Origin: Dendrobates tinctorius
Lineage: Eukaryota
DNA: 64,000 nucleotides
NCBI RefSeq assembly: GCF_039654945.1
Contig: NW_027361870.1
Span: 17,050,001-17,114,000 of the forward strand
Reading direction: 5' to 3'
The position numbers and the translations under genes were made by a program. The notes under the pieces are model-generated. The model saw only the letters and a list, made by a program, of their open reading frames with translations. It was not told where the DNA came from and did not search any database. Below are positions 63,789-64,000 of this stretch, piece by piece. Each line of letters begins with the position of its first letter. The stretch's first letter is position 1.

Positions 63789-63906
63789 TTAAGCAAAATT
63801 CACAATAGTTTCCATATTTCAGAATGAAATTGAATGTAATTGCCATTTTTTCTTTTCCCCCAGACTTTTTAAACTATCCTCTCCTTGACCTGGAAGCCGA
63901 GGTGCC

Positions 63907-64000
63907 ATGAAGCCAAAATCATTTTTGCGGAGGAATTGGTTCTGGGTCGCTGGGATATCCTTTCTAGGCATTCACTTTGGGACATATTTTATTCAAAGAG
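63907..64000 (+). CDS. N-terminal 31 aa of a second microprotein, homolog of uMKKS2 (exon starts 63864 and runs off the window)
   Basis: Acceptor TTTTCCCCCAG|; GCCATG start; MKPKSFLRRNWFWVAGISFLGIHFGTYFIQR. Aligns with recalled human uMKKS2 (MKNTSWIRKNWLLVAGISFIGVHLGTYFLQR). Too short for the ORF track. Confidence 0.87.
   Translation, partial: MKPKSFLRRNWFWVAGISFLGIHFGTYFIQR

Overview
Repeat-rich vertebrate genomic DNA. The transposon repertoire points to a frog (inference). The window has two N gaps and no prokaryotic features. I read it as the head-to-head slx4ip/mkks locus. On the minus strand, a 50-nt exon (42887-42838) encodes MSSKLVVK before a phase-0 donor, like the first coding exon of SLX4IP; the candidate promoter is near 45.6-45.9 kb, and bases 1-42837 would be one long intron. 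On the plus strand, a promoter and non-coding exon near 56.0 kb splice to an exon carrying a complete 61-aa microprotein (61159-61344). The next exon starts a second microprotein (63907 to the window end). Both match my recollection of the MKKS upstream-ORF proteins uMKKS1 and uMKKS2; the MKKS chaperonin CDS itself is not in the window. The two microproteins share an LG(x)IH(W/F)G motif in their hydrophobic segments. An 8-kb satellite of 34-bp units sits between the two promoters. The slx4ip introns hold two TSD-flanked fold-back retroelements, each with a minimal hammerhead ribozyme. They also hold a nearly intact DD35E Tc1-family transposon, deep transposon nests, CR1/L2/DIRS/LTR relics and several minisatellites. 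Gene and family names come from recalled sequences, not database searches.
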